A stretch of DNA of 64,000 nucleotides from contig JARDVH010000163.1 of NCBI GenBank assembly GCA_030324005.1, positions 40,259,078 through 40,323,077 on the forward strand. The letters run 5' to 3'. The notes beneath the pieces are model-generated. The model had not been told where the DNA came from and searched no databases. It saw only the letters and a program-made list of their open reading frames with translations. A program made the position numbers and the translations under genes. Positions 50,116 through 63,335 of this stretch are shown here, piece after piece. Source of the DNA: Negaprion brevirostris (taxonomy: Eukaryota). Positions within the stretch are counted from its first letter, which is position 1, and each line of letters opens with the position of its first letter.

Positions 50116-51620
50116 CAGTTATTCATAAATTGAGAGATGTTCACACATCACGATGCTATTTTAGTGCTATTTTTGTCTGGAGCTAAAAATTAAGCCTGGC
50201 GTTACAGTCTTATTAATACTGTTTGGAAGAGATTTAGTTCCTAGCCTTAGGGTTGTGTGTTTTTGGTCTCAAATTGCTGACATGATTCTCAGGGGAAACA
50301 AAAATCTAATCTAGCATTTTGGGTTTGCTTTTCACATTTTCAGAAATGATAAACCCGCTTTGGGTGGGAGCTCGATTGGGATTTACCCGATCACCCTGCC
50401 AGCCCATAACAGGTAGCAAACTGATTAATATGGGTTTGACAGCCCATTCACCAGGCCCCTGCCATGCACCTGGCCCCCCAGTGGGAAATGCACCGGGCGA
50501 ACTTTGNNNNNNNNNNCCACTCCTCTTCCCTCCTTCCCAGTCGATGGCCGAGTGTATTATCACTAAACGATTAATCCAGAAACTCACCTAATGCTCTGGG
50601 GACCTCAGTTCAATTCCCACCATGGAAGATGGTGGAATCTGAATTCAATAAAAAACATCTGGAATTAAGAATCTACTGGTGACCATGAAACTATTGTCGA
50701 TCGTCGGAAAATCTCATTAGGTTCAATAATGTCCTTTGGAGAGGGAAAGGTGCTGTCTTTACCCGGTCTAGCCTACATGTGACTTGAGAGCCACAGCAAT
50801 ATGGTTGACTCTCAACTGCCCTCTGAAATGGCCTAGCAAGCCCTCAGTTGTATTAATCAAGGGCCACTAGGGATGGACAATAAATGCTGCCCAGCCAGCG
50901 ACGCCCATGTCCCTCAAAGGAACAGAAAAAACATATAAATATATGGGTGACCCAAACCACTCCTCAGATCACCACCTCAGCCACCCTTCCCCTCAGACCC
51001 CTTTCCCTCTCATACCCCCACTTAGTCCCCATTCAGGACATGCCTTGGCAGTGCCCATGGTATAATAGTCCCTGCCACTACAATTAGCGGGTTTGCATAT
51101 TAAATGCAAGTTGCGATCTGGTTGGGCCAGCAGGATGGGTCGGCAAAATCTTGATTGGCTTGATGCCCATCTGGAATCCCAATATCTGGTCAATGCCTCA
51201 TTTGGCGGGCCATCAAGACACCCCTGGCCGTCTGCCAAGGCTGGCGAATCCAGCCCTCCATGTTAATATAACCATCAGTTTATTCCTTCTCTCTTCCTTT
51301 CTTAGAATTGAAAGGAATGAAGGAATTTTGAAAGTCAAATTTTAAACAGTAATCCGGCAGGCACCAAAATGAGAATGTGAAANNNNNNNNNNAATGTGAA
51401 AAGCGAACCCTAAATGTTAGATTAGATTTTTGTTTCACTGGAGACTTAATCATGCCAGCAAGTTGAGACCAAAAACACTCAACCCTAAGGCTAGGAACTA
51501 AATCTCTTCCAAACGCTATAAACAAATCTGAAACTCCAGGCTTTGTTTTTACCTCCCAGACTGAAATAGCACTAAAATGGTACTATGATGTGTGAACATC
51601 TCTCAATTTATGTACAGCTG
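50116..51620. repeat. Long inverted repeat (arms 50116-50339 and 51393-51620) upstream of SNORC
   Basis: For example gtttggaagagatttagttcctagccttagggttg versus caaccctaaggctaggaactaaatctcttccaaac; arms about 225 bp, spacer about 1.05 kb. Confidence 0.85.
50540..50925 (+). mobile_element. Second tRNA-type SINE family with CR1-derived tail (other copies at 63830-64000 + and 7860-8015 -)
   Basis: taatccagaaactc...taatgctctgggga...ttcaattcccaccatgg...gaattcaataaa...tggttgactctcaactgccctctgaaatggcc...aataaatgctg. Confidence 0.75.
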
Positions 51621-53889
51621 CCCTAGTTGGGCAGAGGAGGGGTGGGTGGGGAGATGTTCTGACCATGGCGAACGGGCGCCCTTTAAAAATGGTGCACTAA
51701 TCCTGGACCAGCCAGGCTGGTTGACGGATTTCACGAGATAGGCTCATTTGCATCTTTCATGTGGGCGAATCCCAACTGGCAGAGCCTGCCAGGGTCAGCA
51801 GGAAACACCTCTCCTATTCTCGTTGGCATGCGCACTTAACCTGAAAACCAGAGAGACTTCCACCAGTAGCCTGCTTCAATTTTCAGTTTCAAAATTTGTG
51901 ATCCACTCAGCAGTGTTGCCTTGAGCCCTAGAATCAGGTCTGGTGACTTGAACTTGAATCTTAATCTTTCTATGAAGCCTTCATTAAAAGCATGGTTGCT
52001 GAAAATGTTTTAGAACTTTCTTCATTTTAATTGATGATAACACTGACATAAATATTGCTTTGTAGTATTTTACCCCCCAACCCCCCAAAAATAAATAACT
52101 TCTCTGAGAGAAAGCTCCGGTTCAACTTAACAATCAAGGAACCATGTAATGGAATTGTTATATGAACATGTCAAATAAGTGACCAGCAATTTACTCCACT
52201 CTGCTGCAGCTCAATATTATATAAATTGTCATTTGCCTGCATTATAATGAGACTCTGGATCATAAAGCAGTGAGATTAATATTACTTTTAAAATGCAGAA
52301 AGCAACCTATCACCTGAGGCTTACAATCCTAATACTGCCAACAGAGATCCAATTATGTGCTTAACTTACTGATGAACTTACTCACTTCATGAGTATGATA
52401 ATAAATACAACACAGCTTTGATCTTGAAGTTCTAAGTCACTTTGTGAAATAAGTACAAACGGCAAAAGGGGAGAAGCAAGAACATTAATACTTTCAGAAA
52501 ATTAGGAACTTTGAAAGATAGTACAAGGGAGAAGTAATCTCAGCACTTCCAATTTTAATGCTTCCGCTTAAGTTAAAGGAGCATCTTTCTTGAACTGCTG
52601 TGAATGAACATTGTTATGCTTCCCATAAAGATTGCTAACTTTTTAAAAGAGATTTGAAGTCCCACTAACCAGTTCAAAGGATCAAACAAGATTATACGTT
52701 TTAAGACCTTTACTGCAACAAACACACTAAAATCAACATCAACTAAACATTATTAGTAGTCAACTGATACATAAAACTGTAAAAAAAGATATCTCCCTTA
52801 ATTTCCTAAGATGGTCAAAAACCCTATGCTGCATTTATACATTGCATTGCACTCTCTGCATAATTGTCATCTTCACAGGAACTTGTCCGAAGTTACTCTC
52901 AGCTTCCTATAGACCCACTTCTCCCTGTTTTGCTGACTCATAAACATCCAGCATTGATTGAAAGTTGTTTCCCTCATTCTTCTGAGAATCCCTGAAATAT
53001 TTTTCAGTAACAAGGCCCATTCCAGTGATTTCTTCTCCCAGCTAAATGAAGTGAGTTTCCAGTATTCTTAAATCTCTATATATCTCGTTTCTTCAATCAG
53101 AGAACAGCTCCACCAGCAGCTCGCCTGGTGGCAAATAGAAAAATATTCCTTTGCTGTTCATGTCGGTTTTTCTGGTTTCTTTTCCTGGAAATTTCTCTTT
53201 TTGTTCAGGGTCTCTGAGTCAGTAGGTCTGGCCATAGTAAGGCCAGCTGCCTTCTCTGTTGTCTCAAGTATTAAAAAATGGCTTACTGCCTTCCATAGGG
53301 TTTGACATGGGCTACTGACCCATTGCAACCAGGTCAAATGGGTTTGCCAGCCAGAACTATTTCGATGGTTAAAGCCCTCTCCACTATATGATGAATTATA
53401 AGAGACTTTAATCATTTTATAAAGCCTCACATTTGTAACAGCAGTAAAACCAACTACAATGGAATATGTTATATTCTTAGAAGACTGTGATGAAGGATCG
53501 AACTTTAAATACTAGACAGTATTTACTTTTCAACAATCAAATTGTTGAGTTTTGATATAACCTTAGTAACTTACAAATATAGTCTAAAACAAACTAAAAT
53601 GTTTCTCATTGCTGAAGCCAATGATGGAAATTTAGCACTCAATGTTCCAGTCTGCTATTTAGTGCATGTATAGCTGCAGAGCTGACAATGTTTGCTTTAA
53701 CACCTAAATGCTAGGACTGATATAACAGTACAATGGGATATTCTAAAGCTTTTCTGTGGAGTTCTGACATGCATATGTCAAATCAGGGCTTGGGCTGTAT
53801 CCATGTTGACTTGCTTAAACTAAGTCTGAACTGAATAACCCATATCTTGACTGAAAATTTATGTAATTAATAATTAAGAAAAGGCCTCA

Positions 53890-54120
53890 CAGTTCCCCTT
53901 CAAGCCAGCCTCCATCCTGACTTGGAAATATATTGCTGCTCCTTCACTGTCACCCGGTTGGAATCCTGGAACTCCTTCCTGAATAGCCCTCTGGGTGTAC
54001 TTGCACCTCATGAACTGCAATGGTTCAAGAAGACAGCTCACCACCACCTTCTCAAGTGAAGTTAGGGATGGGCATTTAAATGTTGGCCTAGCCAGTGATC
54101 TCACATCCCATGAATGAATA
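53890..54120 (+). mobile_element. CR1-clade LINE 3' end
   Basis: Same tail as 10360-10550. Confidence 0.7.
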
Positions 54121-54254
54121 ACAAACAAAAGCTTCTTTGTGTTATCACATATTGTGAAAAGCCAAGGTCCTCGTATAAATTCTTAGAGAAGCACTTGTCA
54201 AAGTGAATATGAAAATCCCACCATGGCATCCTAGCCCTGGTACTGCTACCAGGT

Positions 54255-54582
54255 TGGTACAGTGGTTAACACTGCTGCTTCACAGCACCAGGGACCCAGG
54301 TTCATTTCCCTGCTCGGGGCACTGTCTGTGTGGAGTTTGCATATTCTGCCCGTGTCTGCATGGGTTTCCTCTGGGTGCTCTGGTTTCCTCCCACAGTCCA
54401 AAGGTGTGCTGGTTAGGTGGATTGGCTATGCTAAATTGCCCCTTAGTATCGGAGAGGGAGGAGTGTAGGGGCTAGATAGGGTAAATGCATGGGGTTATGG
54501 GGGTAGGGCCTGAGTGGGATTGTGGTCGGTGCAGACATGATGTGCTGAATGGCCTCCTTCTGCATTGTAGGGATTCTATGAA
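54255..54582 (+). mobile_element. HE1-type SINE
   Basis: Head, V core and CR1-like tail. Confidence 0.88.
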
Positions 54583-55199
54583 ACTTATTCTCCACCTCCA
54601 ACCTCCCAAAACAATTACCAATGAACATCACAACGTTACCCCCATTCTGTGTATACAAACATTTGTTAACAATCTCAAATAATTAGACTGTTAAATGCGC
54701 AGTTGAATATATGGTGTCAGGAGTCCAAAGTTGATCAAACACACGATGACTTTGTACAAGTGATATGTTTTACAAGAACAGATTTGACATTAATAACAAA
54801 AGGATGAGACTGTGAATTTTGACTAATTGGCACAAGTGGTGGAATGAAAATATTACATAAAATATTGAAAATGAATCAATAAGCATAATGAATGAACAAA
54901 GCAATCTCTAATAGTAATGCTCAGGAGATGCAAGTGTAGCAAGATATACTTTAGAAGAGGTTAAGCAAAATGATTAAAAATAAGAGTGAGGGGAAGTTGA
55001 AAATAAAGTAAAATATGATTGAATTAGGTTTTCACTACACAAATGCCAATGTGCAAAATANNNNNNNNNNNNNNNNNNNNNNNNNNNNNNNNNNNNNNNN
55101 NNNNNNNNNNNCCTCAACTGGGTTAAATGAAAATTAAATATTCACAGTCTTAAAGTACCTAAGAGACGGGAAATGGAAATAAAAACGGAGGGTGTTTTT

Positions 55200-55920
55200 G
55201 AAAAAATATTCATTTGTTGCTCATTTTTAATTATCCTTGAGTTAGTGGTGGTGAGTCATCTTTTTGAACCACTACATTCCATCTGGTGCAGGTACACCCG
55301 CAGTGCTATCAGGAAGGGAATTCTAGTGAGAGAAGTAACAGAAATATAGTTCCAAGTCAGGATGGTGTTTGGGGGCGGGGGTGGGGGAAGGCACGAGAGC
55401 GCAAACTTGCAGGGCTGGCATTCCTTTGTACCTGCTGCACGTGAACTCTAGCTGATAGAGGTTGCAGGTTTGAGAGGTGCTACTAAAGGGACCTCTGCAT
55501 TGCTGTGGTATCATGTACATGGTGTACACTGTGGTCACCGTACTTTTGTGGCAAAGGGAGTGAATGTTAAAGATGGTAGATGGGGTACTGATCAAATGAG
55601 CTGCTTTGTCCTGGACTGCATTGTGCTTCTTGAGTATCATTGGAGTTGCTCTCATCCAAGCAAATGGAGTGGATTCTACTACACTCTTGACTTGTGCTCT
55701 GTAGATGATGGACCAGCTCTGGGGAGTTAGGAGGCAACTTCTTCACCACAGAGTTCATAGCCTTTGATCTGCTCCTATAACCACAATATTCATATGGTCA
55801 GTTGTTTCTTGTTATTAGTAATCCCTAGATATTAGGAGATTCAGCAATGTTAATGCCATTGAGTTTCAAGGGGAGATGGTCATTTCTTCTGGTGCAAATG
55901 TTACTTGACACTTGTCAGCC
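55200..55920 (-). mobile_element. CR1-clade LINE 3' portion
   Basis: Reverse complement of the 9800-10550 element (LKKHNAVQDKAAHLISTPST). Confidence 0.8.
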
Positions 55921-57699
55921 CAATTTGTTTATTAATTCAGTTGATTCTTAATTAAGAATCTGATCACAACCACAGAACCTAAGTGTTGCTGCTCTGAGAG
56001 TTCATAATGGGGGACCTGATAATATGTTGATAATCTGTAGAATGTGGGTAAGAAATTTAAAATGACCCACTTGATCTCCTGTTCTGCCAATGACTCTACA
56101 ACTCTAAAAGAGGCAGGAGAGTTATGATACTTCTTCTGTTCTGAGAGTTAAAACAAATGCATTCAAAAGTTTATCAAATTGATATGTTACATGCCCAACA
56201 GGGAATAGTGCATTGCTAAATTTGGTTGTGGGTGAAGGACATTTCAACACAAGACAAATACTTGGGAAATAGAGACAATCACCCAAGTGCTGTTACACTG
56301 AAAATAGAAAGTGGTAAGAAGATGAACTAGAAATTAACAAATTTCAAACAGACAAAAGCAAAATACTGCAAATGCTGGAATCTGAAACAAAAATAATGCT
56401 GGAAAATCTCAGCTGGACAGCATCTGTGGGGAGAAAATAGAGCCAATGTTTNNNNNNNNNNNNNNNNNNNNATGACTCTTCATCAGAGCTGGGAACATAG
56501 CAAAAATGTTGATCTAAATGGCACCAGTAATGAAAACTACTCCAAAGTGCTTATAAAGAGTAAATACCAGGAAACCAAGGCAAGGATGGAGTCCAAGTGC
56601 AGTTTCATGAAAAGACAGGTGATACATCACAGAATTAACTATAATCCAATAATGGACAGGTACTTCCAATTCTTCTCCTTCCTGGTGGCTTCCAAGTTCA
56701 TTACCTAATTTGTATTTACATGTGCTTTTTCCAATGTGTTTAACTCAAAGTGAATGAATTGATTTCTGACAGCTGATAGCAAGTGTTAATTTGGAAAGAA
56801 TACAGTAAAATTACTGAATTAGCTGCTCCATGATGGTGAGGAGGTAACCAATGACTAATTAAAAATTATTCAATAGGAACACTTATTCAACATCCCACTG
56901 AAAACCGGTTAGGGTGTATCCTAGTGTAATTCAACGTGGATCAAGACAAACTATGCAGGAAACAAGTACTTAGAGTTTGGAGCTCTTTGATCTGAGCCCG
57001 ACTGTAACTAATGCATTGCAGCTGTTGGAAGCACTAGGAACGAACGTGGCAACAGCTTTTACTGCTCCAATACATGCATTCAAATAAAGACTGAAAGCTG
57101 TTCTGAGGTTGGAGCCTTTAAATCAACAAATTCTACCACTCTAACTGGAATCATCCAACTCTATTATAGTCTGGGTACTGTAATACTTTTTGATGCCTTG
57201 TGTAGATTTCAACAAGGGAATTCAATTTATTCATTCATACACGGTAAGGATTATCTTGTACTTGGGGTAGATTCATGCCACAAAGGCTCTCTTATGAATG
57301 AGAATATACAGGCAAAGACTTAAATAGTCTCAACCATTTAGCCAAAATTTCATTCTACAATTAGCCTGCAATCCAAATTTAAATGTTTGATTCCTTTGAC
57401 TGAATGAGATATGTTGAGTGCAACCTGACAGAATGAATTGAACCAATTAATTGACAAGTTTTGTAACAGCTAATCAATAATTTTTTCATAACATTGGCTT
57501 TTCCTGGGTTGCTTCCCAATTATTTCAGATTGCCTAGGGACCATGTAGTGTTGGGCCAAGTGTTTACAGCACCTACGCGAGGTGCACCTGTAGGTCTTCC
57601 ATTCTGCACCTGATGAAGGAGCAGTGCTCCAAAAGCTCATGATTCTAAAGAAGCCTGTTGGATTTTAACCTGTGTTGAGACTTCTTACTGCACCTGGGG

Positions 57700-58035
57700 G
57701 GCTTAGATCAATTAGATGGTTAATATCTTTTCCCAAAGGGAGGGAAGTCTAAAACTAGAGGGCATAGGTTTAAGATGAGAAACAAACGGATCCAGAGGGG
57801 CAATTCTTTCACACAGAGGGTGGTGAGTGTCTAGAACAAGCTGCCAGAGGTAGTAATAGAGGCAGGTACAATTTTCTTTTTAAAAGTATTTAGTCAGTTA
57901 CATGGGTAAGATGGGTATAGAGAGATATGGGCCAAATGCAGGCAATTGGGACTAGCTTAGGGGTTTTAAAAAAAGGCCAGCATGGACAAGTTGGGCCAAA
58001 GGGCCTGTTTCCATGCAGTAAACTTCCATGACCTT
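57700..58035 (+). mobile_element. CR1-type LINE 3' end
   Basis: tctaaaactagagggcataggtttaag...ttcacacagagggtggtgagtgtct...gggccaaagggcctgtttcc. Confidence 0.8.
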
Positions 58036-58374
58036 GATTAGAATGTGCTGTTAAAACAGGAACCTTATGATGACTATTTGAAGTCTTTCAAAGTTTTCAG
58101 AAACCAGAATTCAACTAACAAATGTGACTACTCCAACTGGCACTTAGTTGATACGTCTTGTGTGACAGATGACTTCAATTCCACAAATGTTTAAATGTGA
58201 CATGCCTCACTTCAGGAGACAAGAAGTTTACGTGAAAAATCCATCTAGTCAGAAGATGGGAGCTGACCTGTTTCAAACTACTACCCAACTGCTGTTCCAA
58301 AGAGCAGAAACTTAGGAATGGGGATAATTATTCTACCAATCCTTGCACATCTTCAAAGGCTCTTTCAGAAATGC

Positions 58375-61300
58375 TTTATTGCACAAGATGATTGAGAGGA
58401 GGAGAAAACTGGTTATAATAGCGTAAGATAGCAACACCAACACTGAACAAGAAATCAATATGTCAAATTAAAGAGTGACACATTGTACTTGGAATTATTT
58501 TATTTTTTCTTGTAACTTATTTACATTTTAATGAAAATACCAATCTACGATTGTAAATTCACTATTTGTGAACAAAATACCCGAGAACAGGAAAAGAAAA
58601 ATGATCTCTTCAGACTCCTTTATACACAGTTTGTCTTGAGGAAATGAGTGATCTTCTCCGATATGGTACAAATTATATATTTAAATTTTCACACTGATGA
58701 GATCGTTTGAAAGCCTGATCTTCTTTCACACTCGCCCCTCCCACTTGTATATCAGCTGTACAAGAAACTCAATCCTAACCAGTATTCCTGGTTCAACTAT
58801 GTACAACTCATAATTTAACTGTACATCTGAAAAACAAGTCTGCGCTCTTTCAGACAGAATGGCTTTGGCTTAACCTATACCACAAATTTGTGAAAAGTCA
58901 AATCACTTTTAATATGATTGTTTGTGAAGGACTATTTTCAAACCAGTTACAGTGTAGGTAAATCCTGATCTTTAAAAACTGATTTAACCTCTGAAAAGAA
59001 TAGAAATTAATTTGATTGTCTGAACCAAAATAACTAAAAGTGATTCAATTGGAACAAAAAAAAAGGCCAGCTGGAATCCAATTAATCTGGTAAAATTCGC
59101 TCCTGATATTTGTTTATAAAGAACTGCTTGGATTGGAATAGCATTTACATACTTCCTTTCACACTGAAATGTAACAAAGCACTGAACACAGTAAATTGCT
59201 TTTGGAAATACAAAGACCTGTGTACAACTGGCATTTGGTATTAAACTTTACTATTCAATGTGAAATTTCATACATTCAGTTCTGTAGATGGATCAGATTT
59301 ACTTTTATCAGAAGATGATAAAGTAACCTTCAATATGTGGCAACAGTGGCACTAACAACCTTTCAACATTGTACTTGGTTAAAGCAGTAAGTTTGGGAAT
59401 ATTAGCATTTACACATTCAACTACAATTGCACATCTTCATTTGCCATAAGAGGAATAATAAATTGGAAATAAATCAGATAGGAATTGCAGTCATCCTTTC
59501 CTTGCCATAGTGCAACTCTATTATAAATAACACATGACTAGTCCACTTCATNNNNNNNNNNACTTCATGAATGAATTACAAAGTGTTAGTATTCCAGTAA
59601 CATTTTTTAAAGATAAATGCTTCAGGGTAGCTCATCTCCAAACTGACTCTTCCTTTTCTCCTATAAGTATACCTCCCAGTCCTTGATACATGATGTATTT
59701 ATACTTGACCACCTTCAGGATTAGCTTTCTGTGCAGTGAGAAATATGTATGCTTTAATATTCCCCACCACCATACCCCCCAAATATTCGTTATAGTTTAA
59801 TCCAATAGAATGCATTACTATGACATCATTGTATTCTCACATTAAGGATTCACAAGGGGGATCAGGATACATCTAGTTCAACTGTTTATGCAAAATAATT
59901 TTTGCATTATCTCAGTTGCATTGATCCAACAGTGCAAAAAAATTAAACATAAATACTTGGACACTGCAGCTGCCATAATGTGGTGTGCAGATGGATGCCA
60001 GTAATGTAGATATCACAAGAGAATAGTTTCAAAACCTGCATACAAATTTTATTGTACAGAATATTTTTCAATGTTTTCAGGTTTCAATTTTTAAATAAAT
60101 CATGCATTTAAGGAGATGAAATAGGATGCAAAGTAAAGACAATTAGTGCGCACTCCAATATGGCAAAACAACTGGGGACCCTTCACAACAGTGGGACAAT
60201 CGAAATATCATCTCAACGTGAAAGCAGAGGGTTCCTATTACAGTCACTTTATTAACAAAGTAAATAAATGACTGTAATCATCAAGCTGATATTGACAGAA
60301 ATAGAAAACATCCTAATAAAGGTAAAGACCAACTGTGGCATTTGAGGAGATCTTAAATAGGCTTCCTTTCACCCATCAGTTGCAAACGCTTGCATCTGCC
60401 TGGGACAAGTAAATATTCATAAAGTGTACAGGTGCATAAAGATAATAAAGGACAATAGGAAGTGTCATGTGGTAGAGCTCTAACATGTAGTGCCAGGATG
60501 GTGGAACTAAACTTGTACCTTTAGTCCATTTCGCCCTCTCACCATACTTAAGTTGCCAATTTTATCCATGCCCCTATGGGGCAGAAGGGGAAGGAGTGCT
60601 GTAAATGATTCTTTAAAAATAAACATAAATCCAAATTAATTAATTTGAACAGAATTGGAAAATCGTTCAAAACACTGGCTTTAGAAAAGTGACATGAAGA
60701 AAGCAGTGACAATACGCAGGATCCACTGCATTTTCTTTAATTCAGAATGTACTCTAGAGACATGTTCTGTGTATATAACTCTTCTCAGTCTAATATTTAC
60801 CATTATGTTTTTACAGAATCTTATTTTTAAAAAAAAGTGATTCAAAACATGTTTCTCAGAAACTAAAAGAGTCCTTCAGTCACCAAAGGGTCAATTACCC
60901 GAGTTCCCTTTCAAAGGGAATCTTCTGTACACCTAAATACAGTAAGTAAGCTGCAAATTCAATGTTGCACTATAAGTGGTGGCACACAGTAGTTGCAGCA
61001 TTATTTCCATAGCCATCTTTATGTTGTAAAACAGACTTTGATTCGGCCAAGATGCTGTCAAAGATTTGATTTTGAACAATTTTAAACTATAACCTGAATC
61101 AGAAGTGGGTACAGCCCTCTTAAGGGAGAAAACTCCTTTTTGGGCATTGGCCTGCACATGCATGTTTAACAGTACTGTAAACTAAAATTTCTTAAATGTC
61201 TCTAGTTACACATTGCAGCCTTCATGCAGCAACTGTATAACAAGAATACCCGGATTTCTGGACCCCCAGAAAGATTTCAACCAACTTTTTCATTGTTTAT

Positions 61301-61958
61301 AAATGCATATTTTGAGACGGCTAGAGTGTATTAATATTGCAAATATATTAATTTCAAAAGACTGTACAAGGCCAAAAACATAGTCTACAATCTCTTTAAA
61401 GTGGGCTAGGCAGAATAGGTGGCATTCCTTGCAGAAACAGAACGGATCCTTACAATATTCAAACCACCTTTAATACACCTCAGTACTAAAGCAAGCACTT
61501 CAACACAAGTGTATCATAGAATTAGCTTATTAACATTACTGACACGATGGTTCTGTAATGTTCAAATAGTGGATGCTAATGTGATCAACATTGAATAGAC
61601 CAGTTAATCATGTATTCTGAATAAAATCCAACAATAAAGTGATAAGGAGTCAAGTGTTTACAGAACACAGGTACTATGTTTAACTGCACCATTAATATTA
61701 CACTGTGGAAAACGTGATTCTATGCTTGAAAACATGCAGTTTGGTGCAAAAGCCTTTGAAGTGACTGCTTTGTACTTGAAACATGATTGCACTAATGTAA
61801 TGAAGGGGCCATGAGTAACAAGTGTGTTGAAGTACCAAAGACAGACATGAACTCAAGGTGATAGATTTGTTTTTTTTTAATTAACTGATATTGGTTGGTG
61901 CATTCAGAATTCATGATTAACAACTTTTTTTTTAAATAAATCAAGAGTTTGCTTGTGT
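58375..61958 (-). other. GIGYF2: Probable long GIGYF2 3' UTR
   Basis: About 3.6 kb AT-rich stretch with no recognisable SINE/LINE after the TGA. Minus-strand AATAAA at 60253-60248, 60053-60048, 58504-58499 and 58380-58375. Confidence 0.5.
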
Positions 61959-62026
61959 TCAGTAGTCGTCAAGCGTCTCAATTTCGCCCATGTTCAGGCG
62001 CTCCGATGAAGCATTTACAGAAAAAC
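61959..62026 (-). CDS. GIGYF2: GIGYF2 terminal coding exon (GFSVNASSERLNMGEIETLDDY*); upstream exons lie beyond the window
   Basis: Acceptor ccacag|, phase 1, 68 nt. The translation matches the vertebrate GIGYF2 C-terminus as I recall it, and GIGYF2 directly precedes SNORC on the same strand in human. Confidence 0.92.
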
Positions 62027-62404
62027 CTGTGGGGGGTGGAAAATGTGGCAATAGATTATTTATCTTGACGTTGTTTGTATCAAACTAGCAAATATATTCT
62101 GGCATTTAACTGTTTTTTAAAAACTTGTCATTCCTGGTGTTTGAACTAAACCCAACCTAATTCAGTGATTACTCTTAGGTCAATTTTAATAAAAAGATGC
62201 TGAGCATTATTCCAGGATATTTGGAGCCTGCTCTATGCATCATCATTAACAGCCACAGTTAAATCCCCAAGACAAAAGATTATTTAAATTCTTCATCTGT
62301 AGTAATATAAATATCAGGATTTTTAAAATACATCTGAAGTAGGTTGGTGTCACCTTAATAGTCTATGAAACAGTGGTGTTCTGTTGGTGTGACTGGGTAC
62401 TTCA

Positions 62405-62728
62405 CAGAATCATAGAAACCGTACAGTACAGAAAGAGGCCATTTGGCCCACTGATTCTGCACCGACCACAATCCCACCCAGCCCTACCCCCCATATCCAC
62501 CCACTAATCCCTCTAACCTATGTATCTCAGGACACCTAGGGCAATTTTTAGTATGGCCAATCAACCTAACCCGCACATCTTTGGACTGTGGGAGAAAACC
62601 GAAGCACCCAGAGGAAACCCATGCAGACATGAGGAGAATGCGCAAACTCCAAACAGACAGTGACCCAAGCTGACAATCGAACCCAGGTCTCTGGAGCTGT
62701 GAAGCAGCAGTGCTAACCACTGTGCCGC
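62405..62728 (-). mobile_element. HE1-type SINE in the last GIGYF2 intron
   Basis: Reverse complement of the HE1 consensus, full length. Confidence 0.9.
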
Positions 62729-62759
62729 CCACAGTGGCCCACCTGAAAGATCGTATAGA

Positions 62760-63335
62760 AGTTTGAACACACATGGAATTCCACGGCAGATGAATACAAG
62801 GAGGAAAAGCTGAAATCCTAATGAATCTTAATGGTAGGCATCCGTGAGAATGATTCCAAGTGTGCTCTCTGAGAGTGGAGTTTGGAAACCCCCTTGTGAA
62901 CGCCAAAGTTCCAGTGAGAACAGCAGACTCTCAGGTACAAGCATCTGGAGGACAGGGTGGGGTGAGTGAATGAAAAATCCACAGAAGTTGCACTGGTTGG
63001 CATCTGTCACTTGGTTTCTGAATGTGGGGCTTCAAACCACATTTCACCTACTGGTTTAAAATGGATTGTGTTCTTACTGAGAACATTAGAATACAAGATA
63101 AATTGTGTAATCCTTATAAATTTGCATGCACCTGTAAAGGTATGGCTAGGATGAAGGCGTAGCGCATTATAACTAATCTTTTATTGTTTAATAAACATTT
63201 TATTAGTTCTTGGAAGTTTATCGGTGGTCTTGTGACTCTGTTCATTCATGTTCCTAACAAAGTTACAATAAACTGAGCCAGCTCCTGTTCTGGGTCCTGA
63301 CTGGGTCCAGTACTTACATCAACTGGGATTGTAAA
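62760..63335 (+). mobile_element. Possible solo LTR
   Basis: aataaa at about 63190 followed by a U5-like tract ending gggattgtaa; termini uncertain. Confidence 0.3.

Noticed and set aside
315-62906. Many short ORFs with near-identical peptides (LGSLSVWSLHILP..., CGRKLEHPEETHADTGR...)
   Set aside because: They are translations of HE1 SINE copies, not a gene family.
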